IMG/VR virus record: IMGVR_UViG_3300030616_000579
From: an uncultured virus (IMG/VR IMGVR_UViG_3300030616_000579)
Taxonomy: Duplodnaviria > Heunggongvirae > Uroviricota > Caudoviricetes
DNA: 64,000 bases
Reading direction: 5' to 3' (one strand)
Each line of letters begins with the position of its first letter. Position 1 is the first letter of the stretch. Both the position numbers and the translations under genes were made by a program. Under the pieces are notes generated by a model. It did not search any database. It saw nothing but the letters and a program-made list of their open reading frames with translations, and had not been told where the DNA came from. Below, one piece after another: positions 17,948 through 28,467 of this stretch.

Positions 17948-19419
17948 GTAACTCTCCCCAATAGTTTCTCCTTTTGTTCTGGGTGTTTCTTCAAAAACAC
18001 ATCAAACTTTTCCTTCCATTGATGTGAAAAAAGTTTTTTTGAAAATTCATTGAACTCTCTGGTTTTATCATCAACCATTTTTGTCAAATCATCACTAGAT
18101 ATAACATATTCAGGTGAATCCTTTGGTATTACAATCTCAGAGGTTTTAAAATCAATTTTACCACTGTCAACAAGATACCCTTTCTTTTGGCAATACTCAT
18201 GCAACCTAGAACCAGGTGTTGGACTAGCAATAAAAAATGATACACTGTTAAACTTCACATCAAATGGATAATTCAATGTTTCTAACATCTCACTTTTTGC
18301 TTCTCCTGGAAACCCAACAATAAACATCCCATGAACTTGAACACCATATCCTTGAGCTTGTTCAACTAATGCTCTCACTTCCTCCTTTGGTGGAACATTT
18401 TTATTAATGATTTCTTTCAACACTCTCCTTGAACCACTTTCAATTGCAAACGTCAACTGATATGCACCAGAATCAGCCATCAATTTTATCATATCTTTAT
18501 CTAATGTTTTAACCATCAATCCATTAGGAGTACACCACGATAAATTATATGGTTTAATACGTTCAAAAATTTCTCTGGCTCTTTTCTTATGAACAGTGAT
18601 ATTATCATCAGTAAATTGAACCTCCTCTACTCCATACTTTTTAACCATATAATCTATTTCTTTCACAACGTTTTCAACAGACCGCATTCTAAATTTATGA
18701 CCCCAAAACCGCACTGTTGAACAAAATACACAATTGAATGGACAACCACGTGATGTCATTATTTGGCACGTCCTCTCTCTCCGTGCAAATGGGCCATATG
18801 GAACACCTATATTCATATATTTTTCAAAATCAACTAAATGTCGAGCAGGAAATGGAATATCATCCAGGTTTTCTATCTTTGTCGTAATTGGATTAAGTAC
18901 CACTTTTCCATGTTTATCTTTATATGCAATTCCATCAAAGTCAAAGGTTGTTTTTCCTTGATTTAACATATCCAATAAAGTAGCCGAACGGAATTCGCCC
19001 TCACCAATTATAACAAAATCAACAGATTTGTTTTGTATTGATTCCATCGGAAATAAAGATGGATGAATCCCACCTAGAATAGTTATAATGTTTTCATCTA
19101 TGTCCTTGATAATATCGCAATAATGAATTGCCATATTCTGTCGTGCTGAAAACATCGAACTAACACCAATTACATCAGGTGCATAGTCTCTAATCCGTTC
19201 AATGATATCTTCATCAGAAAGACCATACGTTACATAATCACCAGAAACCTTTGTATTGTAATACCCCTCGCACGTTGAATCAATTACCTTTACATCATAC
19301 CCATTCTTCTCTAGTACAGCTGCGATATATAAAATACCAATAGGAGGAGCTAATCGTCTCACACTATCCTTAGGCATTGTATTAGACGGGTTTATCAACA
19401 TTACCTTTTTTATTTTCAT
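17944..19419 (-). CDS. Cobalamin-binding radical SAM enzyme
   Basis: PIGILYIAA, GGIHPS, GEGE, TSRGCPFNCVFC; paralog of 7294..8673. Confidence 0.9.
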   Translation of the reverse strand: MKIKKVMLINPSNTMPKDSVRRLAPPIGILYIAAVLEKNGYDVKVIDSTCEGYYNTKVSGDYVTYGLSDEDIIERIRDYAPDVIGVSSMFSARQNMAIHYCDIIKDIDENIITILGGIHPSLFPMESIQNKSVDFVIIGEGEFRSATLLDMLNQGKTTFDFDGIAYKDKHGKVVLNPITTKIENLDDIPFPARHLVDFEKYMNIGVPYGPFARRERTCQIMTSRGCPFNCVFCSTVRFWGHKFRMRSVENVVKEIDYMVKKYGVEEVQFTDDNITVHKKRAREIFERIKPYNLSWCTPNGLMVKTLDKDMIKLMADSGAYQLTFAIESGSRRVLKEIINKNVPPKEEVRALVEQAQGYGVQVHGMFIVGFPGEAKSEMLETLNYPFDVKFNSVSFFIASPTPGSRLHEYCQKKGYLVDSGKIDFKTSEIVIPKDSPEYVISSDDLTKMVDDKTREFNEFSKKLFSHQWKEKFDVFLKKHPEQKEKLLGRVT

Positions 19420-20293
19420 TTTTCACCACCTCTAACCAAGGAACATTTGTTACCTCTTTATCTTTTTTATATCCATGACCATATCGTCCACGCTCCCCAA
19501 GTCTCTCACCGTGGTCTGATGTAATCACAATTTTTTTGTTTGAAAGTTTTTTAATTGTATTATTAATACACGTCAAAGTGTACTTCAAGTCTTCAGTATA
19601 TCCTTTTATAATTCCTTCTCTCCCATATTTAGCCCATAACATGTTTAATCCGCCATCAGATACCATCCCAATATTCTTCCTGATTCTCCACAATTGTTCA
19701 TCATTCAAAAATTTATTAACAACAATTTTTAATCCTGTCCATTTATGCATCTTTTTCGTCCAAGATTCACTATCCCATATTTTTTTATAAACACCTGTTT
19801 CACCTTGTCGTAAATAATACAAAAACGGGTCGTGTATCTGAAAAAAATTTGTGATAAACCTATCATTTGGATATTTCTTAACTGTTTTTAGCAATTCCTC
19901 ACACATTACTTCTGGATAGACAAACCCAACTTTTTCGTCTTTACCATACTCCCACACATCAATAATTTTCTTGAAATGTTCACGCCCATCAAACCATTGA
20001 TTATTGTATTTTAACCGTTCAACAAAATCAAAAATGTCTTCTGTAAATCCATATGAATTAACAGATTTATCTGGAGAAAGAAAAACAACATCATCCATTT
20101 TTCCTTTAAACATTTCTAATAACCAACCGCCACTCCACGTTGACGGTGATACTGCTTTTTTCAACGTACAACTACTACCAAATATATCCTTGTACACTGT
20201 ACTAAAAATATCAAATCGTGTTGCATCTAACAAAAACATTACATCCCAGTCATTATTATGTACTAGATTTGTTTGTTCAACGACAGAGTACAT
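19382..20293 (-). CDS. Alkaline phosphatase/sulfatase-superfamily protein
   Basis: LLDATRFD, IHDPF, ITSDHGERLGE, GHG, VPW; paralog of 11384..12226. Confidence 0.8.
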   Translation of the reverse strand: MYSVVEQTNLVHNNDWDVMFLLDATRFDIFSTVYKDIFGSSCTLKKAVSPSTWSGGWLLEMFKGKMDDVVFLSPDKSVNSYGFTEDIFDFVERLKYNNQWFDGREHFKKIIDVWEYGKDEKVGFVYPEVMCEELLKTVKKYPNDRFITNFFQIHDPFLYYLRQGETGVYKKIWDSESWTKKMHKWTGLKIVVNKFLNDEQLWRIRKNIGMVSDGGLNMLWAKYGREGIIKGYTEDLKYTLTCINNTIKKLSNKKIVITSDHGERLGERGRYGHGYKKDKEVTNVPWLEVVKNENKKGNVDKPV

Positions 20294-21062
20294 TAATGAC
20301 CTCCTTATTTATCATATCGACAACTTCATTCTTAGACAATTGTTTTTCAGTATCTTGTCGATAAAAATTATAGTCAAGTGATGATAATAATTCTAGTAAA
20401 TCTACACACAAACTTGGTCGAAACTCAACCGACATCACTGGTTTATATTCTGTAAGAGTTTTCTCGCCACCTTTGAAAATTTTTACTTCATAACCATCAG
20501 TATCAATCTTGATAAAATCAACATGTTTTATTTCCTGTTTTTTGACATAATCATCAAGTTTCATAAATGAAACATTAATCATTGGTTCATCTATTGGTCT
20601 TCCAAGTTTACCATGTTCAGTTGATTCAAACTCTCCCTTCTCTGTTTTATCAGATAAAGCAATTTTTTCAGCAACAATGATATTATGTAAATGTCTGTTC
20701 AATTCAAGATTTCTAAGCAATTTTTCATACATCCAATCAGAGGGTTCAAACGCAAACACTTTCCCTTTCTGCCACTGAACTAAATCTGCCAACCGTAAGG
20801 TATGTACTCCAGAACTAGCTCCGATATCAAAAACATTCATTCCTGATTTAACATATTTATTGATAATTTTCGTTGTATCTGGTTCCCATACACCATAATG
20901 ATATAATTGTGCATGAACCAATCTACTCAAATCCAACTCATATGTTATACCATCAATCTCTTTGATAACTGTTTTTTTACTGGAAGGCAAAAACCTATAC
21001 CAGTTAACTATCCGTTTCTTTATTGAAACAGGCAACTTATTGTATGTACTTGCCAGACTCAT
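20277..21062 (-). CDS. FkbM-family methyltransferase
   Basis: VFDIGASSG, VFAFEP, FIKIDTDGYE. Confidence 0.88.
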   Translation of the reverse strand: MSLASTYNKLPVSIKKRIVNWYRFLPSSKKTVIKEIDGITYELDLSRLVHAQLYHYGVWEPDTTKIINKYVKSGMNVFDIGASSGVHTLRLADLVQWQKGKVFAFEPSDWMYEKLLRNLELNRHLHNIIVAEKIALSDKTEKGEFESTEHGKLGRPIDEPMINVSFMKLDDYVKKQEIKHVDFIKIDTDGYEVKIFKGGEKTLTEYKPVMSVEFRPSLCVDLLELLSSLDYNFYRQDTEKQLSKNEVVDMINKEVINVLCR

Positions 21063-22135
21063 TTCATAACCTTCCTAATCGTTTGGCATACATACCCAAT
21101 TTCTTCATTAGATAATGATACTGCAGAAGGTAACCATAATCCCCTTCGTGATACCCATATGGAATTTGGGAATTTTCCATTAACTAATTTATACGGTGCC
21201 TGAGTGTGTACAGCAGGATAGAATGGTCTAACACCAATTCCGTTTTTTTGTAGTAAAGGCACGATTCTAGAACGGTTTGTCACTAAAATATCATTCATCC
21301 ACGGGGTTGTCTGTGATAAATCCGTATCAATAAAATCAATTCCAGGAGTACCTTCTAGTAAATCTCGATATAGTTTGTATATCTCTCGTTTACGTTCAAC
21401 TCTCCACTCCAATTTCTCCATCTGTTCTATCCCTATTACAGCTTGCAAATCAGTAAATTTGAAATTCAAACCAAAAGACGAACACGTGTCTACACCGCTT
21501 GTTCTCCTCCCGAAATTCTTTATCATGTCAACTGATTTTTTCATCTTTTTATTTCCCATCACTAAAGCTCCTCCTTGTCCAGTTGTAACAATCTTCGGCA
21601 TACTAAACGAAAAACTTCCAATATCTCCATATGTTCCAACGTGTTTGTTGTAATGAAACGACCCTAATGATTGTGCTGAATCCTCAATTATAACAATATC
21701 GTGGTGATGACAACTTTCTAATATATCAGGTAACACAAATGGATATCGTCCATTGATACTCACCAACATTACTGCTTTTGTTTTCTTTGTTATCTTATCT
21801 TCAATATCTGTCATACAAAGTGTTTCCCGTTCTACATCAACAAAAACTGGTTTTGCACCAACCATAGACACTGCATTTGCTGTTGCAATCATCGTATAAT
21901 CAGGTACAAGTACCTCATCACCTGGTTTTACATCACATGCCATCAAAGCAGTCATCAATGTAACTGTACCATTGCATAACACAGAACAATATTTTGATTT
22001 CGTATATTCTGCTATCTTCTGTTCAAACTCACGTGTTTTCTTATATTCTGTTAACCATCCATCTGATTCAAGGTAATCCATTACAGCTTTTCTTTCCCTC
22101 GCATTAATAGATGGTTTCATCTGTTCTATTTTCAT
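21059..22135 (-). CDS. DegT/DnrJ/EryC1/StrS sugar aminotransferase
   Basis: NGTVTL, IEDSAQSLG, FSFSMPKIVTTGQGG, GLNFK, LWLPS. Confidence 0.92.
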   Translation of the reverse strand: MKIEQMKPSINARERKAVMDYLESDGWLTEYKKTREFEQKIAEYTKSKYCSVLCNGTVTLMTALMACDVKPGDEVLVPDYTMIATANAVSMVGAKPVFVDVERETLCMTDIEDKITKKTKAVMLVSINGRYPFVLPDILESCHHHDIVIIEDSAQSLGSFHYNKHVGTYGDIGSFSFSMPKIVTTGQGGALVMGNKKMKKSVDMIKNFGRRTSGVDTCSSFGLNFKFTDLQAVIGIEQMEKLEWRVERKREIYKLYRDLLEGTPGIDFIDTDLSQTTPWMNDILVTNRSRIVPLLQKNGIGVRPFYPAVHTQAPYKLVNGKFPNSIWVSRRGLWLPSAVSLSNEEIGYVCQTIRKVMK

Positions 22136-22734
22136 ACTAACTCCTTTGTAAAAAAATCAATGTTTTCTTGTAACTGTTCATTACTCCACGACCACCACTT
22201 TTTCTCCATAAGTTCATCACAAATCTTTTGTGGAAATCGTTTTCTAATAACTCGAGCAGGATTCCCTGCAACAATAGTATATGGCTCAACATCTTTAGTT
22301 ACAACACTCCCTGCACCAACCACTGCACCATGTCCGATATACACACCAGATAAAACAATTGTTCTGGTACCTATCCAAACATTGTGACCAATAACAATAT
22401 TACCCTTTGATTCTGTTGGTAAATCCTGTCCTGTCAATTCTTTGTAGAATTTCATTTGCATACATGGATAGTTCATACTATGATTCAATCCCTGGAAAAC
22501 AACATCACTTGAAATTGCACAATACTTACCGATAATCACTGTACCGATAACCACACAACTGTCTATACTACTCCCAATTTCTATGTTTCCTTTCAACACT
22601 GAATTTTTAATAGTAGCTCCACAATGGATACCAATGTCTCCTTCAAGAATAGACTTTTTTACTTTCCCATTATTGCTATCAACAACTAGTTTTCCTCTAA
22701 GCATCAGTATCTTATTTCTTAACCATCTGTTCAC
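22132..22734 (-). CDS. Hexapeptide-repeat acetyltransferase
   Basis: IGHNVWIG...GAGSVVTKDVEPYTIVAGNPARVIRKRF. Confidence 0.88.
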   Translation of the reverse strand: MNRWLRNKILMLRGKLVVDSNNGKVKKSILEGDIGIHCGATIKNSVLKGNIEIGSSIDSCVVIGTVIIGKYCAISSDVVFQGLNHSMNYPCMQMKFYKELTGQDLPTESKGNIVIGHNVWIGTRTIVLSGVYIGHGAVVGAGSVVTKDVEPYTIVAGNPARVIRKRFPQKICDELMEKKWWSWSNEQLQENIDFFTKELV

Positions 22735-23816
22735 GGAAAATCCCTATACATGTTATCTTCAATAATTACCTTCTCAATGATTTCATTGTATGCACCAAAC
22801 GTACACCGTGGGCATTTATTTGGGTCTATAGATTCAATCATATCCAAGTGTTCTTTACTTCCCCACACCTTGAGAATTTCCTCTGGGTCATCATGTCTAC
22901 AAAGAACCCATTCTTCTTTACCACGAAGGTCGTGACATAACTGTACTGTTCCATCTGCACAATACACAGCCATAATAGATGTTGCACGACACTTCTCAAA
23001 ATTCACTTTGCGTTCCAAATTTTCTCCAAATTTGTGTCTTACTCCATAGAAATGAAAGTTTTCATCGTTCAACTTCAATGCATCTCTTGATTGTTTATTG
23101 ATAAAATCGACATATCTGGTAAAATCAATTGGGTCTCGTGGTGTCTGGTCATATAAATTATCCCAACATACAGGTCTTGAATGAAATGCATTTACTCCTA
23201 TTTTTTTTGCTAATACAGCAGCTTTATAGACATCATTTGCATTATATGGATGCAACAAATACTTGTATGTTATCTGTATGTTTGATTTCTTCTCCTTTTT
23301 GATTTCAACTAACTGTTTAACGTTTTCAATAACTGCATCAAACTTGTCAACTCGATGTATTTTTTTAAAAGACTCCTGTGTTCCAGCATCAATAGAAACA
23401 CCACACCATTCACTCGATTCTACAATTGCTCGTGCTTGGTCTTCTGTCATATAGATACCGTTTGTTATTACACCCGTTTTCACTCCAACTTTTTTCATTC
23501 TCCGCAGAAATTCAGCTGTTCCATAGTTCAACATTGGTTCACCACCACCAGCTACACATGCAGATTTAACTCCCCACTCACCAAGAAAATTAGCTAACTC
23601 TAACATATGTTCAGTTGACATTGAATCAGGATGTTTTTTTCTAAACATTGCACTATTACACCAAATACAATTTGAATTGCACTGGTTAGTTGGGTCAAAA
23701 TCCACTGTTACTGGTGGTAGTAATTTGCCTGTTGCCATTCCTTCAAGATGTTGTCTCCACAACATTACTTTCATTGAATTGAATGGATTGTATGGTGTTT
23801 CCCATTGGTCTTTCAT
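22731..23816 (-). CDS. Radical SAM protein with SPASM/twitch domain
   Basis: CNSNCIWC, GGGEP, CRA...DGTVQLC, CPRC. Confidence 0.88.
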   Translation of the reverse strand: MKDQWETPYNPFNSMKVMLWRQHLEGMATGKLLPPVTVDFDPTNQCNSNCIWCNSAMFRKKHPDSMSTEHMLELANFLGEWGVKSACVAGGGEPMLNYGTAEFLRRMKKVGVKTGVITNGIYMTEDQARAIVESSEWCGVSIDAGTQESFKKIHRVDKFDAVIENVKQLVEIKKEKKSNIQITYKYLLHPYNANDVYKAAVLAKKIGVNAFHSRPVCWDNLYDQTPRDPIDFTRYVDFINKQSRDALKLNDENFHFYGVRHKFGENLERKVNFEKCRATSIMAVYCADGTVQLCHDLRGKEEWVLCRHDDPEEILKVWGSKEHLDMIESIDPNKCPRCTFGAYNEIIEKVIIEDNMYRDFP

Positions 23817-24829
23817 AATTTTTCCTCTATCAATTTTATCAATTTTTTTGCAAAGATATACGATGAAAAGTTATCAGATTCATCAGACGTAAGAAATTTT
23901 TTGATTCGTTTTCTATATTTTTCTCGTTCCTTGTCATCCATTGTTTTTATCTCATTACATAATTGAAATGGTGTATATCTGTCAGTATCAAGAAATGTTC
24001 CTTCAGGAAGATAATTATATACATCAGGTGCTCCACAATAAACAGGAATAGTTCCACAACACATCGCTTGAATTGGTTTCTCTGTTACATATCCATTAAA
24101 TCGTGAGTTCTCTGGACAAAAATTAAACTTGAATCTACTTATCACATAATATTCAGGTGGTATAGGATTGATATATTTTCGTTCTCCTTGAATACGCATA
24201 ATTTTTTCTCCATCAAACCCAACCTCTCCTTGATAGCATCGTTTATCCCATCCTTTACCAAATGATTCATAATCATCCTTAAAGTAAGAACAAAAACCCC
24301 TATCTGCTTCAACTCTCAACTTGTGATTACTATATTGATTCCACTTACTGCACCCTGGAACTAGTTTATTCAAATAAATCGTTTTCATTTTGTTCTTCAG
24401 AATCATACACAACAAACCACTTCGTTCTCGTTTAAAAAATTCAGGCATGTGGTCAAAAGCGTTTTGCGGTGAATTGTAGTGAACCTCATCAAGCCCTTCT
24501 GTTATTGTGTTACTCATCACACCAAGAAACTGATTTAAGTATCTTTTATCATTGAGTTTTCTACCAAAATAGATATTATAAATTGGTGGTTCGCCCTTCA
24601 AGAGAATGCATTTATGTTCAGGAACACCTTGTACTGGGTCTCCATGTAAAGAAAACCCGATGTCTGCTTTATTTTCTCCTCTAACAATAAATATGCCATG
24701 AGCATTCAACAAATGTATTCCTTTCCTTCCCTTCCCATCAACTCGGTTCAATGCTTTTTCTAACCATATTCCATCACTAATTAATCCTGGCCTCCAAGAT
24801 GAATGATAACTCTCCTTAATTTTAATCAT
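23813..24829 (-). CDS. GT10-like (alpha-1,3-fucosyltransferase family) glycosyltransferase
   Basis: FKFNFCPENSRFNGYVTEKPIQAMCCGTIPVYCG motif. Confidence 0.85.
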   Translation of the reverse strand: MIKIKESYHSSWRPGLISDGIWLEKALNRVDGKGRKGIHLLNAHGIFIVRGENKADIGFSLHGDPVQGVPEHKCILLKGEPPIYNIYFGRKLNDKRYLNQFLGVMSNTITEGLDEVHYNSPQNAFDHMPEFFKRERSGLLCMILKNKMKTIYLNKLVPGCSKWNQYSNHKLRVEADRGFCSYFKDDYESFGKGWDKRCYQGEVGFDGEKIMRIQGERKYINPIPPEYYVISRFKFNFCPENSRFNGYVTEKPIQAMCCGTIPVYCGAPDVYNYLPEGTFLDTDRYTPFQLCNEIKTMDDKEREKYRKRIKKFLTSDESDNFSSYIFAKKLIKLIEEKL

Positions 24830-25814
24830 AATTCCACCACCGTGCTACAAGTGATTCATTCATATCACACGTTGCACAAATTCCTGGATATTCTCCAGAC
24901 AAATGTTTCTGTCGCAATTCCCTTAATTTTTCTCCTTGCCATATTTCTTCAAGTGTTTCTTTGTGAACATTGCCCAGTGTCATTGTTCCTTCGTAATCCA
25001 TACAACAAGGTACAACGTCACCGTTGCTCAACACGATAAACTGCGACCATAAAAACAAACAAGGATTATTTACATACTTCTTGTTTTCTCCTTTACAGAA
25101 ATCATGTATTCTTCCAAACTGAATTTCATCAACTTTATCTCGCCATGTCCTCACAAAATTCCGTACATCTTTTTTGTTATCTTTCTTTACCATAATGCGA
25201 ACAATTATTTTCGGATTGTTTCTTTGCATCTGTCTCTTGAGTGATATCAATCCATCAACATTATGTATCACCTTTTCAAAAGACCCTTTACGAACCTTCT
25301 CATATTCTTCCTTCGTTGATGCATCCAAACTAAACAAGACTTCATCAACACCTGCATCAATGATTTCTTTTGCTCGGTTTTCTTTTAAAATTAAACCATT
25401 TGATACTAACTGGACATATGACCGATGGACGTTTTTTATTTGTTTAATTCGTTGAGGTAACTGTGGGTCTGTTAATGGTTCACCAAAAAAATACATACCT
25501 ATATTAAAAATGTTAAAATCATTTAACTGTTGCAGTACCAATTTAAAAGTATCATCATCCATCACCTTTTTCTCCCGTTGCATTGTGTTGTGAGGGCAAA
25601 ATGAACAACTGGTATTGCACACACTTGATGTCTCAACACATATTTGCCCTGTCGGTTTGTTAAAAGAATATGGAGACAACGTACCAAGATTATTTTTGAT
25701 ATATCGATTCCTAAAATAATGTCGTATTTGTCGCATAGGAAAACTTTGAGAAAATTTCACGTAATCATAAAAGAAATCACTGCTAATAACAAAATGATGT
25801 ACCAACTGTTTCAC
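24822..25814 (-). CDS. Radical SAM/SPASM (twitch) protein
   Basis: CNTSCSFC, GEPL, PCLFLW...NGDVVPCC...CATC; start GTG 25814 after GGAGG, overlapping the upstream TGA. Confidence 0.88.
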   Translation of the reverse strand: MKQLVHHFVISSDFFYDYVKFSQSFPMRQIRHYFRNRYIKNNLGTLSPYSFNKPTGQICVETSSVCNTSCSFCPHNTMQREKKVMDDDTFKLVLQQLNDFNIFNIGMYFFGEPLTDPQLPQRIKQIKNVHRSYVQLVSNGLILKENRAKEIIDAGVDEVLFSLDASTKEEYEKVRKGSFEKVIHNVDGLISLKRQMQRNNPKIIVRIMVKKDNKKDVRNFVRTWRDKVDEIQFGRIHDFCKGENKKYVNNPCLFLWSQFIVLSNGDVVPCCMDYEGTMTLGNVHKETLEEIWQGEKLRELRQKHLSGEYPGICATCDMNESLVARWWNYD

Positions 25815-26674
25815 AATGTCTCCTCCAACTCCAACTTGAATGCATAAATGATTTTCCAGATTCGATTGTGAAAAACATACCCCAAACAATACACCGATAT
25901 TAAACCAACAGTAAGAAATCCTTTATTCAACCACTTGACAAATCCTAACTTTTTAAAAACATCAACGCCATATCTATTCCAAAACTCAAACTGTTCTGAT
26001 ATTTTCCAATAGATACTCCCCAACTGTTCATCATAATTTCTATTACGAATCATTAATTCTTCATAAACTGAATAAATACTGTACCCCTTCTTTGCTATCT
26101 TCAATGCAACATCGTATTCGTGCATCCCTCGTACATCCTCATCCCACCAACCAACTTCTTCCAACACATCTTTCCTCAACAAATATGATGATGTCGATGA
26201 TAAACTAAAATTTTTCAATAAATCTTTGTACTCTATTTTTCGTTTTGTTCTATCAACACAATATGTATGTTTTCCTGTATATACCCTTGAAGAACACGTA
26301 ACTAAACCACACCTTGGATAAAGATAAAACAACAGAATTTGATGACTCAACTTGTTTCCTTTCCATTCATCGTCATCGTCCAACAATGCAATGTACTTAC
26401 CTTTCGCTAGTTTACAACCAACATTCCGAGCATGTTGAACACCTTTTGCACCAGGATAATCAACGGCTTCAGGTTCAACTGAAACATAATGAATTCTTTT
26501 GTCTGTCTTTCGGAATGATTGAACAATATCTTTATTCTTTTTTGAATTTGCACCATCAACAACTAATATCTCTAAATCAGAGTACTGTTGATTTTTAACA
26601 GTCTCTATCGCTCTTGGTATTCGTTCTGGATTTTTATAGGTTGTAATTACTACTGAAATCATTAATATCTCCAA
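25811..26674 (-). CDS. GT2-family glycosyltransferase
   Basis: ISVVITTY, LVVDG, ARNVG, ALLDDDD. Confidence 0.92.
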   Translation of the reverse strand: MEILMISVVITTYKNPERIPRAIETVKNQQYSDLEILVVDGANSKKNKDIVQSFRKTDKRIHYVSVEPEAVDYPGAKGVQHARNVGCKLAKGKYIALLDDDDEWKGNKLSHQILLFYLYPRCGLVTCSSRVYTGKHTYCVDRTKRKIEYKDLLKNFSLSSTSSYLLRKDVLEEVGWWDEDVRGMHEYDVALKIAKKGYSIYSVYEELMIRNRNYDEQLGSIYWKISEQFEFWNRYGVDVFKKLGFVKWLNKGFLTVGLISVYCLGYVFHNRIWKIIYAFKLELEETL

Positions 26675-27423
26675 TTGTATGTACGTGCTTCTGGTATATT
26701 CAAAAATATTACTTCATTTGTATGTGGTTTTCCTCGTGGTGCATACCAATAAAAAACATATCCATCTTTGTATGCTTTCTCCAAAAGATAATGAGTAACA
26801 CCAACAATTGACAATGGTCGATTATAATCGTCAAAAACAACCACGCCACCAACTTTTAATCGTGGTAAGACCAATTCTTCAAAGTTATGTCGAACTGAGT
26901 CATAGTCGTGCCCTGCATCGATAAATGCAAAGTCAACTTTTTCTCCTTTCAACTCCTTATCTACTTTTTCTTGGCAATCAAGAGATAAACTATCTGCATA
27001 TACCTGATGAATTCGTGATTTTACTGGTGTTTTCTTATATAATGCTCCAACTTTCTGTTTCGATTGGTAATAGTCAACATCAGTTCCTGAAAACGTTTTT
27101 GTACCAATATTTGCAATGTCAACAGTAATAATCTTTGATTTTGGCGAGTTCTTTGCCATATTATATGTTGTTCTTCCTCTATATGTACCAACTTCAAGAA
27201 TTGTTTTCGGTTCCAAAAAAGAAACAATACCGTTGATAACCTCAAGATTATATGGTTCCAAATCACCTTTTTCATACATATGGTAATCATAAAACATAAG
27301 TGTCTGAATACCTGGAAAAATTTTTGTAAAATCGTTTTCATCTACAGCAAAAGGGCCAGGATAGTTTTTGTATCTTTTTCCTGTTTCATTGATTTTTGTC
27401 GGATGTAAAAAATTACTTTTCAT
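26662..27423 (-). CDS. Class I SAM-dependent methyltransferase (Methyltransf_24-like)
   Basis: ILEVGTYRG, FAFIDAGHDY, GGVVVFDDY; start at ATG 27423 inferred. Confidence 0.85.
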   Translation of the reverse strand: MKSNFLHPTKINETGKRYKNYPGPFAVDENDFTKIFPGIQTLMFYDYHMYEKGDLEPYNLEVINGIVSFLEPKTILEVGTYRGRTTYNMAKNSPKSKIITVDIANIGTKTFSGTDVDYYQSKQKVGALYKKTPVKSRIHQVYADSLSLDCQEKVDKELKGEKVDFAFIDAGHDYDSVRHNFEELVLPRLKVGGVVVFDDYNRPLSIVGVTHYLLEKAYKDGYVFYWYAPRGKPHTNEVIFLNIPEARTYNWRY

Positions 27424-28147
27424 GTTTACAAAACTCCTTCCACGCATTATCAAATTCCTTTAACGTCTCCTCTGTTTTCTCATTAAAAACCATCTGTTTC
27501 AAAATTGGTGTTGGTATCGTAATGATATCTGGTGCAACTGTTAATATTTCTTCAACATCAATTGGATTTCTGATACTTCCAACAATTAATTGTGTACGAA
27601 ACCCACTTGTTTCAAATGTATTCATCGTACTAGATATAGTAGACAATGCATACATTCGTCCATCTATCATTTCTGGAACATTTTTTTCTTCCTTTTGTGA
27701 CAATGCCCAATCAATCATTCTATTGTAAAACAAAGAAACATATGTTGCACCTGCACTAGCTGCTAAAAATGCTTGATTGAGTGTCATACATGCAGTAACA
27801 TTAGTAAAAATGCCTTGATTTGACAACTGTTTAACTGCTTTTAATCCATCGCCATTCCCTAACATAGGAACTTTGATAACAATATTGTTGAACGTCTGGT
27901 CGTTATCATCAACCCAATCTACATATTTCAATGCAGTATACACTAAATCATCTAAATTATTTGGCCCTTCAATACTAACAGGTAAAGGATAAACCAAATC
28001 AAGAATCTGTTTAGCCCGTTCTTCAAATTTACATCCTTTCTCCTTCAAAAAAATCTTTTGATTTGTTGTCACACCTTTGACAATGTTCCACTGCATCATT
28101 TCTTTAATTTCATCTAGATTTGCTGTATCTAAAAATACATGACTCAT
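27413..28147 (-). CDS. tal: Transaldolase (TalC-type)
   Basis: FLDTAN, GVTTNQ, PVSIE, IVIKVP (Schiff-base K), TNVT, GATYVSLF, GSIR. Confidence 0.9.
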   Translation of the reverse strand: MSHVFLDTANLDEIKEMMQWNIVKGVTTNQKIFLKEKGCKFEERAKQILDLVYPLPVSIEGPNNLDDLVYTALKYVDWVDDNDQTFNNIVIKVPMLGNGDGLKAVKQLSNQGIFTNVTACMTLNQAFLAASAGATYVSLFYNRMIDWALSQKEEKNVPEMIDGRMYALSTISSTMNTFETSGFRTQLIVGSIRNPIDVEEILTVAPDIITIPTPILKQMVFNEKTEETLKEFDNAWKEFCKHEK

Positions 28148-28467
28148 TTTTTCTTGCCCTCCTTTTTCATTTTTTTTATATCAAACACTTTTTTAGGAAT
28201 GCCAAACGTCTTCCATACAAATAGTAAACCCAACAATGTCATAATACTAAACCATGCAAGTATCATATTGTATGAAAACTCCTTAACCCAGTCTTTCATA
28301 GGACTGTAGCCCGCTGTTCCTCTATATATTTCATCGTAATCATCATACGCACAAGCAAGGTCATATGTTAGTATAGTAACTGGCACAAGCATGGAACTTA
28401 CCAACGTAATCGTCAAAAGCAAACACAGACAAATCCTTAATGAATGCAATAATTCTATTCCTTTCAT
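28144..28467 (-). CDS. Two-TM membrane protein
   Basis: Two hydrophobic helices, basic tail. Confidence 0.55.
   Translation of the reverse strand: MKGIELLHSLRICLCLLLTITLVSSMLVPVTILTYDLACAYDDYDEIYRGTAGYSPMKDWVKEFSYNMILAWFSIMTLLGLLFVWKTFGIPKKVFDIKKMKKEGKKK

Noticed and set aside
22132..22734. Vat/CatB antibiotic-resistance gene
   Set aside because: Coupled to a DegT aminotransferase; sugar acetyltransferase is the simpler reading
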